Positions 50,292-61,187 of a stretch of DNA of 64,000 nt are shown here, one piece after another. Within the stretch, counting starts at the first letter, position 1, and the number at the start of each line of letters is the position of its first letter. The translations under genes and the position numbers were made by a program. The DNA comes from Cyanobacteriota bacterium (lineage in GTDB: Bacteria; Cyanobacteriota; Cyanobacteriia; Cyanobacteriales; Nostocaceae). A model generated the notes under the pieces. That model was not told the DNA's origin and ran no database searches. It was given only the letters and a program-made list of their open reading frames with translations. The stretch is taken from positions 64,001 to 128,000 of the forward strand of contig JBJOKS010000008.1 in assembly GCA_046045965.1 (NCBI GenBank), given 5' to 3'.

Positions 50292-51335
50292 ATGACAAAT
50301 ACTAATCAACGTCCACGTTTAGCACTGACACTGGGAGATCCCGCAGGAATTGGACTAGAAGTAATTTTAAAGGCTTTGGCAGATTCGGAAGTTAGCCAAA
50401 ACAGTGATCTTGTCGTAGTGGGTAGTCGGGATTTACTCACTCGGAATTATAAAAATCTAACATACAATACTGAAAATTTGTCCGCTTTGGCAAATCCAGA
50501 TGAGTTGACGGTGATTGATGTACCAAACTCAGGTGACATTATTACCGGGTTGGGTAATGCTGTTAGTGGTGCGGCGAGTTTTGCTTATATGGAATCTGCC
50601 ATAGCCCAAACTTTAGCGGGTGAGTTTGATGGTATTGTTACAGCACCTATAGCTAAATCAGCTTGGAAAGCGGCTGGTTATGAATATCCTGGACAAACCG
50701 AACTTTTAGCCGAAAAAGCTGGTGTAGAGCGTTTTGGAATGTTATTTGTAGCGCGATCGCCTTTTACCGGTTGGACTCTCCGCGCTTTACTTGCTACCAC
50801 ACATATTCCTTTATGTCAAGTATCCCAAGTCTTAACACCGCAATTATTAACAAAGAAACTGGATTTATTAGAAGAGTGTTTACAAAGAGATTTTGGGATT
50901 AAAAATGGGAGAATTGCGATCGCAGGTTTAAATCCCCACAGTGGAGAAATGGGACAATTAGGAACAGAAGAAATAGATTGGTTAATCCCTTGGTTGAAAG
51001 CAGAACAACAAAAAAGACCGCATTTACAATTAGAAGGACCCATACCACCAGATACAATGTGGGTGAAACCTGGTCAAGCTTGGTTTGGTAATTCTGCGGT
51101 GAAAAATCCTGCTGATGCTTACTTAGCACTTTATCATGATCAGGGTTTAATTCCTGTGAAGTTGATGGCTTTTGATCGGGCTGTAAATACTACCATTGGT
51201 TTACCATTTGTGAGAACTTCCCCGGATCATGGAACTGCATTTGATATTGCAGGTAAGGGTATTGCTGATGAAACCAGTATGAAAGCAGCGATACAGTTAG
51301 CAGTGGAGTTGGTGAAGCAGAGGTATAGAATTTAG
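50292..51335 (+). CDS. pdxA: 4-hydroxythreonine-4-phosphate dehydrogenase
   Basis: [39 protein letters not shown]. Confidence 0.96.
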   Translation: MTNTNQRPRLALTLGDPAGIGLEVILKALADSEVSQNSDLVVVGSRDLLTRNYKNLTYNTENLSALANPDELTVIDVPNSGDIITGLGNAVSGAASFAYMESAIAQTLAGEFDGIVTAPIAKSAWKAAGYEYPGQTELLAEKAGVERFGMLFVARSPFTGWTLRALLATTHIPLCQVSQVLTPQLLTKKLDLLEECLQRDFGIKNGRIAIAGLNPHSGEMGQLGTEEIDWLIPWLKAEQQKRPHLQLEGPIPPDTMWVKPGQAWFGNSAVKNPADAYLALYHDQGLIPVKLMAFDRAVNTTIGLPFVRTSPDHGTAFDIAGKGIADETSMKAAIQLAVELVKQRYRI

Positions 51336-51390
51336 GTTAGTGGAGATGTCTACAAATGAGTTTTTGAGTGGGAAGATTATCAGAGTAGAG

Positions 51391-51690
51391 ATGATGCCTA
51401 AAAGTACAAGTTATCATGCAAAATTAATTCAAGACTTAAAAGATCCACTGGAAGCAGCTACTTATATTGAAGTTGTTATAGAAGAAGGCGATCCTAAAAT
51501 GCTAAATAAGGCACTTAAAAATGTAATTGAAGCTCAAGGTGGAATTGATCAACTTTCAAAACCTGTACAGCAATGTTATGAAAACCTAGCCCAGAAATTA
51601 TCTGAGCAAGGAGAAATTGAATTTTATTGTTTAACTACATTATCAGATGCTTTGGGATTACAGTTAGCAGTAACCGTTAAGTCTGCTTGA
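51391..51690 (+). CDS. Putative addiction-module antidote-like protein
   Basis: LIQDLKDPLEAATYIEVVIEEGDPKML.KAL..VIEAQGG...ALGLQL pattern resembles the HI1420-like antidote family. Confidence 0.6.
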   Translation: MMPKSTSYHAKLIQDLKDPLEAATYIEVVIEEGDPKMLNKALKNVIEAQGGIDQLSKPVQQCYENLAQKLSEQGEIEFYCLTTLSDALGLQLAVTVKSA

Positions 51691-51711
51691 TTTTTTATTA
51701 CTAATTCCCCA

Positions 51712-52482
51712 TTACCCATTACCAATGCTTAATTTAACAATCACAGGAAAATGATCAGAAGGCCAAACAGCTTCCCACTGTTGACGGTCAATAATTACTT
51801 GTTCTATTTGCAAACGGCGATCGCAATATATCGTATCTATCGCATCCCCAGCTTCACCTGTAAACTCGTGAAAAGTTTTTTGTTCCTCTAAAGGAAAAGT
51901 TGCTAAAGCATCTTGTATTTTGTGATTATCAGCTAATATGATTCGTTCTAAAGTTCTCGGATTAGCGTTAAAATCTCCTGTTAACAGTAGGTAATCTTCA
52001 GCAGGAAATTCCATTAAACGTAAACTCACCAAACCTGCACCTAACTCTCTAGCTTTAGCACTTTCATGGTCTAAATGAGTATTGACAATAGTTAAGGAAA
52101 TACTAGGATTACCAACTACAAAATTAGCCCAAGTTGCCATCCGGGGTAAACGAGTTTCCCAAGTAATGCTACCAGGAATTTCTGGAGTATCGCTAAGGTA
52201 AAAATCTTTGGTTTGTTGAAGTTTTAGACGTTGGAAATTGTAAAAAACTGCACAATGTTCACCTTGTCCTGTACCCGTGCGATCGCCCCCAACAAATTTA
52301 TATTCTGGTATAAGTGCTTGTAAATCCCTTAATTGATGGGGTTTACCTTCCTGCGTACCCAGTAAGTCTGGTTGATAGTGTTGAATGAGAGATGCGATCG
52401 CACCTACACGCTTTTCCCACTGATGCACCCCCGGATCTGGTTTGTCGTAACGGAGGTTAAAACTCATGACGGTGATTTTCAT
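51712..52482 (-). CDS. Endonuclease/exonuclease/phosphatase family protein
   Basis: SFNLRY, GTQE, NTHLDH, TGDFNA and PSDHFPV motifs. Confidence 0.92.
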   Translation of the reverse strand: MKITVMSFNLRYDKPDPGVHQWEKRVGAIASLIQHYQPDLLGTQEGKPHQLRDLQALIPEYKFVGGDRTGTGQGEHCAVFYNFQRLKLQQTKDFYLSDTPEIPGSITWETRLPRMATWANFVVGNPSISLTIVNTHLDHESAKARELGAGLVSLRLMEFPAEDYLLLTGDFNANPRTLERIILADNHKIQDALATFPLEEQKTFHEFTGEAGDAIDTIYCDRRLQIEQVIIDRQQWEAVWPSDHFPVIVKLSIGNG

Positions 52483-52765
52483 TAACTTCTTTAATTTAAT
52501 CAATCTTGAGAAAAATATATATAGTGACTATATATTTTATAGTTCTGCAATAACTTAATGAGCAAGACTTAAACAAAAATCCCAAATTGGTATGAGGCTT
52601 GAGTAGATACAAATTCCCTGACCGACTTTAGCTTTAATAATTCCAACTCACACGAACTAAGCGATCAAGCCTCAGTCAAATTCTTTGGTAAATTCAGACG
52701 TACAACCCAGTTGTTAAATGAGAACCTGATTAATGTTTTTATGAGTCGTTTTTGCTATCGACAGC

Positions 52766-53482
52766 TTAAACTTTGCTACCTTCGGGTGCTTCAAACTTGT
52801 AACCATAGCCGCGCACTGTTTTAATAAACTCTGGTGTACTAGAATCAGCTTCCATTTTTTTACGCAGCTGACCAATATGCACATCTACCACTCGTCCGTC
52901 TCCTACATAGTCACAACCCCAAATTTTTTGAATTAGTTGGGGACGACTCCAAGCTTGACCAGGATGGCTGGCTAAAAAATGTAAAATATTAAACTCTAAA
53001 GCAGTTAAAGCCAAAGGTTTATCATTCAGTGTCACCTCTCTACCTTCTGGGTTAATTGCTAATTGTTTAAAGATAAGACGTTGTGATTGAGTAGGGTGAA
53101 TGTAACGGATACGCCTTAAAAGGGCTTCTACTCTGACTTCGACTTCTGCTAGGCTAAATGGTTTAGTCATGAAATCATCTGCACCTGCGGCCAGAACTTT
53201 AATTTTATCAGCTTCATCATTCCGGCTAGTGAGTATCAAAACTAAAACATTGGTACGACTTTGCATTTCTTGACAAAGTTTATAGCCATTAGCATCTGGC
53301 AAATTCCAATCCAGAATTACCAAAGCCGGATTGAATTGCTCAAATAATGCCATAGCACTCTTACCATCTGAGGCCGATTCTATTTGGTATTTTCGACTTA
53401 GAAACCGATAGACGAGATTTCTCACACTGAAATCGTCATCTACAATCATGATTTTGGGAATATTCGTGGGAAGCTTATCCAT
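52766..53482 (-). CDS. OmpR/PhoB-family response regulator
   Basis: IVDDD, LDWNLP, KPF and VVDVHIGQLRKK...TVRGYGY. Confidence 0.92.
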   Translation of the reverse strand: MDKLPTNIPKIMIVDDDFSVRNLVYRFLSRKYQIESASDGKSAMALFEQFNPALVILDWNLPDANGYKLCQEMQSRTNVLVLILTSRNDEADKIKVLAAGADDFMTKPFSLAEVEVRVEALLRRIRYIHPTQSQRLIFKQLAINPEGREVTLNDKPLALTALEFNILHFLASHPGQAWSRPQLIQKIWGCDYVGDGRVVDVHIGQLRKKMEADSSTPEFIKTVRGYGYKFEAPEGSKV

Positions 53483-54006
53483 AGTCCAATGCAGTCTAGA
53501 TGATTGATTTGGCGATTTTCTGTGGCGACAAGTTGTTTGAGACGTTGTTTTTGAGGAGTATCTGTATATTGCCTCCTGGTTAAATCAGTAGGAACAATGC
53601 CGTAGTCTTGGTATACACTTAATTTTCCTTGAAGTTTAAGCAAACTTCATAATAGTCTTTCTAAAATGTATCGGTAATGTATGATTTTGGTATTTTTTGG
53701 AAAAATATTGGTATAAAATGTAAGTTACTGCTGAGAGATAGGCAAGGATTCAGAGTTAAAACCTTATGAGTCTCAATTTTTACCATGAATTTTATAACAT
53801 CTCGAATCTGTTGATAACTGATTTGATAATTATTCTGACTCCTGACTCCTAAATTCTTTCCAATTGAATAGGACAGAAGTTAGATTTTATTAAAATTTAT
53901 TCACGCTAATTTTTATATTTTCATACTCAAGCAAGACCAATTAACTTAATTTTTTTGTTAATTTTAGTTTATTGTTTGTTGATTTAAAAAAATAGCGTAA
54001 AAACCC

Positions 54007-54456
54007 ATGAATAATAATATGATGGGTGGTATTATTCCAACCCAACCACCCATAGAAGCAGAGTCTGATGTTCATGTAGTTAAATCTCGTTTGGAATGGG
54101 GCGAACCAGCATTTACAATTTTAGATGTGCGCGATCGCTCAACCTACAACGAAGGTCATATTATGGGAGCAATGCCTATGCCCATAGATGAACTAACAGA
54201 CCGTGCAGTTACATCTTTAGATCAAAGCCGTGATATTTACGTTTACGGTACAAATGAGGGACAAACTGCTCAAGCTGCCCAAAAATTGCGTTCGGCTGGA
54301 TTTGATCACGTATCTGAACTTAAAGGTGGTCTGGGTGCATGGAAAGCCATTGGTGGACCAACAGAAGGCATTATTGAATCAAGAACTCCCGCCGGTGCAG
54401 ATGACTACAATGTTGTCTCTCGGATGCAAAATCATTTAGAAAATCAGCAGAAGTGA
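54007..54456 (+). CDS. Rhodanese-like domain protein
   Basis: ILDVR...YNEGHIMGA and LKGGLGAW. No Cys at the active-site loop (VYGTNE). Confidence 0.85.
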   Translation: MNNNMMGGIIPTQPPIEAESDVHVVKSRLEWGEPAFTILDVRDRSTYNEGHIMGAMPMPIDELTDRAVTSLDQSRDIYVYGTNEGQTAQAAQKLRSAGFDHVSELKGGLGAWKAIGGPTEGIIESRTPAGADDYNVVSRMQNHLENQQK

Positions 54457-54479
54457 CAGGTGAGATGGGGATAAATTAA

Positions 54480-54564
54480 GTCAAAAGTCAAAAGTCAAAA
54501 GTCAAAATTAAGGAAATTCTGCCTGTTCCCTGTTCCCTGTTCCCTGTTCCCTGTTCCCTGTTCC
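54480..54564. repeat. STRR heptamer repeats (GTCAAAA)4 and (CTGTTCC)6
   Basis: Directly visible between convergent genes. Confidence 0.85.
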
Positions 54565-54584
54565 CTTCTTTCCCAATTACCAAA

Positions 54585-55217
54585 TTAGTGTTCAAATAAA
54601 TCTTTGAATTGTAATAAATCCAAAGAAACTAATGTTGGTAGAACTTGAAAACATTCTTGAGCTAGTTGCCAACGTCCTTCTCTTTGCAACATTTGAGTGA
54701 GTTTTTTTTGTACACTTAGTAAGTAGCGGACATCATTAGCAGCATAACTTAATTGATCTGCGGATAAATGAACCGCGTTCCCCCAATCAGAACTTTGAGA
54801 GCTTTTATCTAGTTCTACTTGTTCTAATTCTTGTACCACATCTTTTAAACCGTGACGGTTTGTGTAGGTACGAGCTAACTTACTGGCAATTTTGGTACAA
54901 AAAACAGGCTGAACCTGAATATTGAGATTGTAACGTAAGGTAGCAATATCAAATCGAGCAAAGTGAAAGACTTTGATAACCTTGGTTGCTTCCAAGAGTT
55001 GTTTTAAGTTGGGAGCTTCTGTTTGTCCCTGAGCGATGCGGATAGCTGTGACTTTTCCCGCTGGGTTGCACAACTGAACAAGACATAAGCGATCGCGCTG
55101 TGGTAATAATCCCATTGTTTCAGTGTCCACAGCGATCGCATCAGATTGTAAATACTCTGAGAGAGTAGCTGCATCTAAATCGCGATCGCTCACCTGAAAA
55201 TCATGTAATGTCATCAA
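54585..55217 (-). CDS. Ribonuclease D-like 3'-5' exonuclease
   Basis: DEDDy motifs AVDTET, FHFARFD and YAANDV. Confidence 0.9.
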   Translation of the reverse strand: MMTLHDFQVSDRDLDAATLSEYLQSDAIAVDTETMGLLPQRDRLCLVQLCNPAGKVTAIRIAQGQTEAPNLKQLLEATKVIKVFHFARFDIATLRYNLNIQVQPVFCTKIASKLARTYTNRHGLKDVVQELEQVELDKSSQSSDWGNAVHLSADQLSYAANDVRYLLSVQKKLTQMLQREGRWQLAQECFQVLPTLVSLDLLQFKDLFEH

Positions 55218-55313
55218 TCGTTTCCAAATAAATTATAGTGTCTATCAGTTCAATCACTGTATCAGACACTAAATTATTATTGTGCAAATTGTGCAAAAAA
55301 TCAGTAATAAATT

Positions 55314-55859
55314 CTATCTGGTGTTGATAAATATTTGTGTGAGATAAACTTCACCTTTAGCATTAGTTGCCACTCCCACCCCTGTCAGCTTATATTTTCC
55401 TTGAATATTCTTCAAATGTCCAGGACTGTTGAGCCAACCTATCACAGCCTGTTTTGCCGGCTCACTATATCCGACGTTAAAAGCCACATTTTCGGAAGCA
55501 TTGTCATATTTAAGGGGGATAGCTTTCACTCGTTGTTCAAAGCCATGATGACTAAATTTAACTGTACCATTAGCCATGTTTTGACTGTGAATCCTTGCTT
55601 GCTCAGTTATACTTGTATTTAAGGTTAACTTTGATAATCCTTGAGCAGCCCGATATTGATTAATTTGCTCAAAAACTAATTTTTCTAAAGTAGCATTTTC
55701 AGAACCAAGATTCGACATAGCTGCCTGACTAGAAGTATTCAATGACTGGGTGTGAGCAATTTTTTTAGTAAAATTATTACCGGGAACCGGAGCAGTCATG
55801 AATCCACTAGCAAGGACAAGCGTACTTAAAGCCATGCCGAAAGCAGTTTGTCGGAACAT
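55314..55859 (-). CDS. CAP/SCP domain secreted protein
   Basis: INQYRA, HSQNMA, ENVA and WLNSPGHLKNI, with a signal-like N-terminus. Confidence 0.9.
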   Translation of the reverse strand: MFRQTAFGMALSTLVLASGFMTAPVPGNNFTKKIAHTQSLNTSSQAAMSNLGSENATLEKLVFEQINQYRAAQGLSKLTLNTSITEQARIHSQNMANGTVKFSHHGFEQRVKAIPLKYDNASENVAFNVGYSEPAKQAVIGWLNSPGHLKNIQGKYKLTGVGVATNAKGEVYLTQIFINTR

Positions 55860-56261
55860 AGAGAATTAGGTAGTGTATGGATTTTTCAGACATATACTCT
55901 ATCTTCTGATGATCAGAATAAGTACCAGGATACTGTTAACTATTCGTGAACTGAAGAATTACAGCAGGAGTCAGGAGTCAGGAGTCAGTAGGGGTTTATC
56001 AATGCTAAACCCGTACAGAAGTTTCATCATCAACTGATGATCAAATAAATATAGATACCAAAAGACTTTTGAAACTGTCACCTGTCACTTGCTATAGCTA
56101 TAATTCAGACCTCTGAGTTCACTTTCCTGAAAATGGCATTTTCTCTTCCTGAAAATCTACCAATTTGATAACTAAAAAAATGCAGTATCCAGTATATGCC
56201 TATGGTAGATGCCTCACCTCATTAAATGTTATTGTCACTACATTATTAATCAAAAAAATCT

Positions 56262-56300
56262 CAAAAAAATAGTATCCACTGACAGATGTCATGGATACTA
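56262..56300 (-). terminator. Intrinsic terminator downstream of the CAP gene at 56337..56852
   Basis: Stem TAGTATCCA...TGGATACTA followed on the minus strand by a T7 run. Confidence 0.65.
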
Positions 56301-56336
56301 AAATTATTAAACAGCTATTCTATTGCTCAAATAAAC

Positions 56337-56852
56337 CTATCTTGAGCGCAGGAAAATTTGTGTAAAATAAATTTGTCCTTTGCTGTTACTCGCTACACCA
56401 ATCCCAGTGAGGTTATAATTACCTTTGATGTTGGTAAGATGTCCTGAACTCTTGAGCCAGCCTTGAACAGCGGTAGTAGCAGGATCTCTAGATCCTTGGT
56501 TATAAGCCACATTTTCTGCAACCCCACTGTAGGGAATACCAATTGCTGTAACTCGCGCTTGAAATCCATCATGACTAAAGGCAACTTTACCACTAGCCAT
56601 GTTTTGACTGTGAATTCTAGCTTGATTATCAATACTAGAATTACGAGTTAGTGCGGGTAAGTTTTGGGAAGCACGGTACTGGTTAATTTGATTGAAAACT
56701 GAGGCTTCTATGGCCGCAGTATTAACCGTATTTTGTGCCACTTTGTAGCTTTCATTTGGTACAAAAGAGTAACTAGGAGCAGAACTAGCTAACGTACCAC
56801 TGACTAAAACTAACAAACCTGCACCAATAGCTGAAAGAGCATTTTTCAACAT
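56337..56852 (-). CDS. CAP/SCP domain secreted protein (tandem paralog)
   Basis: INQYRA, ARIHSQNMA, ENVAYN, WLKSSGH. Confidence 0.9.
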   Translation of the reverse strand: MLKNALSAIGAGLLVLVSGTLASSAPSYSFVPNESYKVAQNTVNTAAIEASVFNQINQYRASQNLPALTRNSSIDNQARIHSQNMASGKVAFSHDGFQARVTAIGIPYSGVAENVAYNQGSRDPATTAVQGWLKSSGHLTNIKGNYNLTGIGVASNSKGQIYFTQIFLRSR

Positions 56853-56861
56853 GATTGATGA

Positions 56862-58103
56862 TCAACTCTGAATTAAAAACTTAGCTGCTGTTTGCACATC
56901 TTTGTCACCTCTACCAGAACAGTTAATCACAATGCGGGGACTGCCTGATAGTTGAGGACACAAAGTTTCTAGATAGGCGATCGCATGAGATGTTTCCAAT
57001 GCGGGTATAATTCCCTCTAACCTTGATAGGCGTTGAAATGCCTCTAAAGCCTCAGCATCTGTCACACTGTAATATTCAGCCCGGCCAATATCTTTCATAT
57101 AGCTGTGTTCTGGACCAACACCAGGATAATCCAAACCTGCACTAATCGAGTGTGGCTCAATTACCTGTCCGTCATCATCTTGTAGAAGATAACTCATGGC
57201 TCCATGCAAAACACCAACCTGTCCTTTTGTAAGAGTGGCCGCGTGTTTACCAGTATTCACACCTTCACCAGCAGCTTCCACACCAATTAACCGCACAGAT
57301 GGTTCTTTGACAAACTCGTGAAATAATCCCATTGCATTGGAACCACCACCCACACAAGCTATGAGAATATCAGGTAAACCGCCCCATTTTTCCATTGCTT
57401 GAGCGCGAGTTTCTTCACCGATAATAGCATGAAAATCCCGTACCATCATCGGGTAAGGATGGGGACCAGCTACAGAACCCAGGATGTAATGGGTAGTTTC
57501 TACATTCGTTACCCAGTCGCGGATGGCTTCAGAAGTGGCATCTTTGAGAGTTCCCGTACCCGCAGACACAGGACGAACTTCCGCCCCCATCAGCCGCATT
57601 CTAAAGACGTTTAAAGCTTGGCGTTCCATATCGTGAACACCCATGTAAATAATACATTCCAAACCGAAACGAGCGCAAACTGTCGCAGTTGCTACCCCAT
57701 GTTGTCCTGCACCTGTTTCAGCAATGATGCGCTGTTTACCCATGCGTTTGGCCATTAATACTTGACCAAGAGCATTATTAATTTTATGAGCGCCTGTATG
57801 ATTTAAATCTTCACGTTTTAAGTAAATTTGCGCCCCAGTGCCATCAGGACGGGCATAATGGGCTGTAAGCCGTTCGGCAAAGTATAAAGGTGTGGCACGT
57901 CCTACGTAATCTTTTAGTAAACCTTGTAATTCTGCCTGAAAACTAGGATCATGGCGATATTGCTGATACGCTGTTTCTAGTTCAGCTAATGCTGGCATTA
58001 AAGTTTCAGGAACGTATTTACCACCAAAGCGGCCAAAACGTCCTAGTGTATCAGGTACTGAAGCGGTTGGTGAGAAGTTGGGGGAAAGGGGTGTAGTAGT
58101 CAC
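56862..58103 (-). CDS. trpB: Tryptophan synthase beta chain
   Basis: [14 protein letters not shown] motif, [20 protein letters not shown]. Confidence 0.98.
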   Translation of the reverse strand: MTTTPLSPNFSPTASVPDTLGRFGRFGGKYVPETLMPALAELETAYQQYRHDPSFQAELQGLLKDYVGRATPLYFAERLTAHYARPDGTGAQIYLKREDLNHTGAHKINNALGQVLMAKRMGKQRIIAETGAGQHGVATATVCARFGLECIIYMGVHDMERQALNVFRMRLMGAEVRPVSAGTGTLKDATSEAIRDWVTNVETTHYILGSVAGPHPYPMMVRDFHAIIGEETRAQAMEKWGGLPDILIACVGGGSNAMGLFHEFVKEPSVRLIGVEAAGEGVNTGKHAATLTKGQVGVLHGAMSYLLQDDDGQVIEPHSISAGLDYPGVGPEHSYMKDIGRAEYYSVTDAEALEAFQRLSRLEGIIPALETSHAIAYLETLCPQLSGSPRIVINCSGRGDKDVQTAAKFLIQS

Positions 58104-58173
58104 GGATTAAGTTAAATTAGAGAACAAAGTTAATTTTAATTCTAGAACTTCTAAGGATGCTGATCAAAATCCT

Positions 58174-58258
58174 CTCGTTCCCAGTCTCCGACTGGGAATG
58201 CCATCTAGCAGGTTCTACCTCCAGGTATATATAGAGGCAAGCAGAGCATAGGAACGAG
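58174..58258. repeat. Small dispersed palindromic repeat
   Basis: CTCGTTCC...GGAACGAG ends with an internal TTCCCAGTC/GACTGGGAA hairpin. Confidence 0.5.
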
Positions 58259-58260
58259 AG

Positions 58261-58302
58261 AATTACCAATTACCAATTACCAATTACCAATTACCAATTA
58301 CC
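58261..58302. repeat. STRR heptamer repeat (AATTACC)6
   Basis: Directly visible. Confidence 0.9.
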
Positions 58303-60054
58303 CTATCTTAGTAACTCTTCTACTTGATGCTGACTCCACAATTTCTGATATAATCCCGGTTGTTCCACAAGTTCTGAATGTTTTCCCATTTGGACAATTT
58401 TACCCCTTTCCATGACCATAATTCTATCAGCAGTAGCGGCAGCAGAAAGTTGATGGGTGATGAAAATCACGGTTTTCTTTTGAGTACCGCTGGAAAGATT
58501 TTTTAAGATGTCTGTAGCTGTTTGATTATCGACACTGGAAAGGGCATCATCTAAAATTAAAACTGGAGCATCAATTAACATTGCTCTAGCTAAAGCTGTA
58601 CGTTGTCGCTGACCACCGGAAAGGGTAATTCCTCTTTCACCAACGATTGTTTCATATTGCTGGGGAAAATTGTTGATTTCAGCTTCTATTTGAGCAAGAC
58701 GAGCAACTGTTTCCACGCTTTCTTGTTCGCGGATGGGGTCGCCATAACGGATATTATTTTTAATGGTGGTGCTGAATAAAAAACTATCTTGAGGTACATA
58801 AGCGATCGCACCTCTTAAATCATTTAAAGTTATTTTGGTAATATCCAACCCATCTAAAAATAATTGTCCAGCTTCAATATCCAACAACCGGGGTAAAGCA
58901 TTAGCTAAAGTTGATTTTCCGCAGCCAATAGCGCCGACAATTGCCACAACTTCCCCAGGAGAAATAGTAAAGTTAATATTATCTAAAGCTGGGATATTAG
59001 CATCAGGATAAGTGTAACTGAGATTTTTAGCTGTTACTTCCCCTTTAATTGCATTTTCTGGGAGAGAGATAGCATCTGGTGGATCTTGGATTTTCGGTGT
59101 TACACTCAAAATTGATTCTAGGCGGTCAATACTGACTTCACCTCTTTGGTAAGTAGTAATTGTAAATCCTAGTAAAGCCGTGGGGAAAACTAAACGCTCT
59201 ACATAAATTAATAAAGCCAGAAAATCACCCACAGCTAAAGAACCAGAAGATATCCGCATAGTTCCCAACCAAATAATAATTAGGGAACTGATATTAGCTA
59301 AACCACCAATAAGGGGAAATAAAGTATTTCGGGTTCGTGCTAATGAAAGATTAGCTGTTAATAAATCCTGATTTTTCTTTTGAAAAGCTCGACGCTCATT
59401 TTCTTCTTGAGCGTAAATTTTAATCAAAGAAATACCGCTAATATCTTCTTGAATTAACTCACTCATCTCCGATAATTGTTCCTGTAAAAAGGCTTGTTGT
59501 GTTCGCAAGCGATCGCTAAACAAATGCACCAACAGAAACATAAACGGATAAACTGCCAGAGAAGCTAAAGTCAAATCTACACTAATTGATAGCATCACTG
59601 GCAGCGTCAGAGTATAAGCAAAAAAAGTATTTGCTAAACTCAATACCGCAAAACCTAACAACCGTCTGATATTTTCTACATCACTGGTAGCGCGACTAAT
59701 TAAATCACCAGGAGTATTACTGGCAAAATAAGCCGGTTCCAATTTCAGTAAATGCTGAAAAATCCGCTGTTTTAGTTCAAATTCAACCTGACGACCCACA
59801 CCAAAAATCCAGATGCGGGAAGCCATACGCATCAGTAACATTGCGGAACTGAGCGCAATAATGATAATTACATAACGTAGTACCTGATCCAAACTAAAAG
59901 TTGTTGAAAGTGTATCTACCCCAGAGCGAATAAGCAAAGGAATATAAACGCCTAGCCCATTGACAGACAATAAAGCAACAATGCCTAAAGCCGTCTCCCG
60001 CCAATGGGGACGTAGGTAACTACCGAGTTTAGCAAGCCGTCGAGATTGTGCCAT
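58303..60054 (-). CDS. ABC exporter, fused permease/ATPase
   Basis: N-terminal TM domain, Walker A GAIGCGKST, LSGGQRQR and ILDDALS. Confidence 0.95.
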   Translation of the reverse strand: MAQSRRLAKLGSYLRPHWRETALGIVALLSVNGLGVYIPLLIRSGVDTLSTTFSLDQVLRYVIIIIALSSAMLLMRMASRIWIFGVGRQVEFELKQRIFQHLLKLEPAYFASNTPGDLISRATSDVENIRRLLGFAVLSLANTFFAYTLTLPVMLSISVDLTLASLAVYPFMFLLVHLFSDRLRTQQAFLQEQLSEMSELIQEDISGISLIKIYAQEENERRAFQKKNQDLLTANLSLARTRNTLFPLIGGLANISSLIIIWLGTMRISSGSLAVGDFLALLIYVERLVFPTALLGFTITTYQRGEVSIDRLESILSVTPKIQDPPDAISLPENAIKGEVTAKNLSYTYPDANIPALDNINFTISPGEVVAIVGAIGCGKSTLANALPRLLDIEAGQLFLDGLDITKITLNDLRGAIAYVPQDSFLFSTTIKNNIRYGDPIREQESVETVARLAQIEAEINNFPQQYETIVGERGITLSGGQRQRTALARAMLIDAPVLILDDALSSVDNQTATDILKNLSSGTQKKTVIFITHQLSAAATADRIMVMERGKIVQMGKHSELVEQPGLYQKLWSQHQVEELLR

Positions 60055-60179
60055 TCCAGCAATTTTACAACTTTCTCATCCTAACTGGCAAAAGGCATAG
60101 GGCAAAAGGCAAGAGGTTAATTTCTTCTAACTCCTGACTCCTGAAAGGGCGAACGGCCGTTCGCCCCTACGACTCCTGA

Positions 60180-60809
60180 TCATGAGCGCCCACGCAAGAA
60201 AACATAAATCTGGTTAAGATAACTTTCCCAAACTTGGGTTGTTAGTTGCAGGGTTTCCGCATTAGGTACAAAGTCTTCTACACGCAACCCTCTTGTACTG
60301 ATAGCTTGAGGATTTTGTAGTAGATAGGATGGGACTCTCATATCTCCCACAGGTAGGATGCCATTTCCTATGACATCAGAGATGTTATTTGAGGTAGTGT
60401 TTGCAGGACCAAAAGCTACCAATGTCGGAGAAGGCGCTATAGCTGCAACGGGTGATCTGACTAAAAAGTAAGCAATAGCTGGTGTACTGGACAATAACAA
60501 AATTGTCAGCGCCCAAGCTAGTAAGTTTCCTCCCGGTTTCTCTATCCCACCTCCTTTGATTTTTTGAGCAGCAAGCATCAACATTAAAGCGGATGCTCCC
60601 AAAGGCTTGAGAGGAAAAGATATAAACCGCCACAGGGAAGCCACCGCTGGTTCAGAAGGATTCAGAAATGCCAAAGCTAAAACAACAAGTACAAGCCCTA
60701 ATACAAATCGTCCCACAAAGCTTACTGTTGGGTAGAATCTTTGGAACAAAGAATAGGCAATAACGCCAATTAACAGCCACAGTAAGACCCGGCTTAGTAA
60801 TTGAAACAT
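60180..60809 (-). CDS. Hypothetical membrane protein
   Basis: 209-aa ORF with several N-terminal hydrophobic helices. Confidence 0.7.
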   Translation of the reverse strand: MFQLLSRVLLWLLIGVIAYSLFQRFYPTVSFVGRFVLGLVLVVLALAFLNPSEPAVASLWRFISFPLKPLGASALMLMLAAQKIKGGGIEKPGGNLLAWALTILLLSSTPAIAYFLVRSPVAAIAPSPTLVAFGPANTTSNNISDVIGNGILPVGDMRVPSYLLQNPQAISTRGLRVEDFVPNAETLQLTTQVWESYLNQIYVFLRGRS

Positions 60810-61187
60810 AGATTAACTCTCTAATTTTCTCGTGCGGCTGGTCTAGAGGATAAGGTATAGCAACAGTCAAGGCGGTTAGGACTTCAGTATGGTAATGAAA
60901 CTCTGGCTAAAACAGGGTTTTACTCCTGACTCCTGTACGGGTGAACGGCCGTTCGTCCCTCCTGACTCCTGACTCCTGCTATAAATGGGTTTATTTTATC
61001 GTCAAACTGCAATTTCTCAGTGACTTAAAAATAACTCAAAGCTCACGCACACAGACTACCGTCGTAGTGATTTTAGTGCAATTTTTTGACCCTGAGTGTA
61101 TTATTTGGAATTTTTCAAAAGACTAACCTAACACCAGTGGACTAAATTAATTGAGTAGTCGTCGTTAACTCGTTAAAAGGAAAAACT

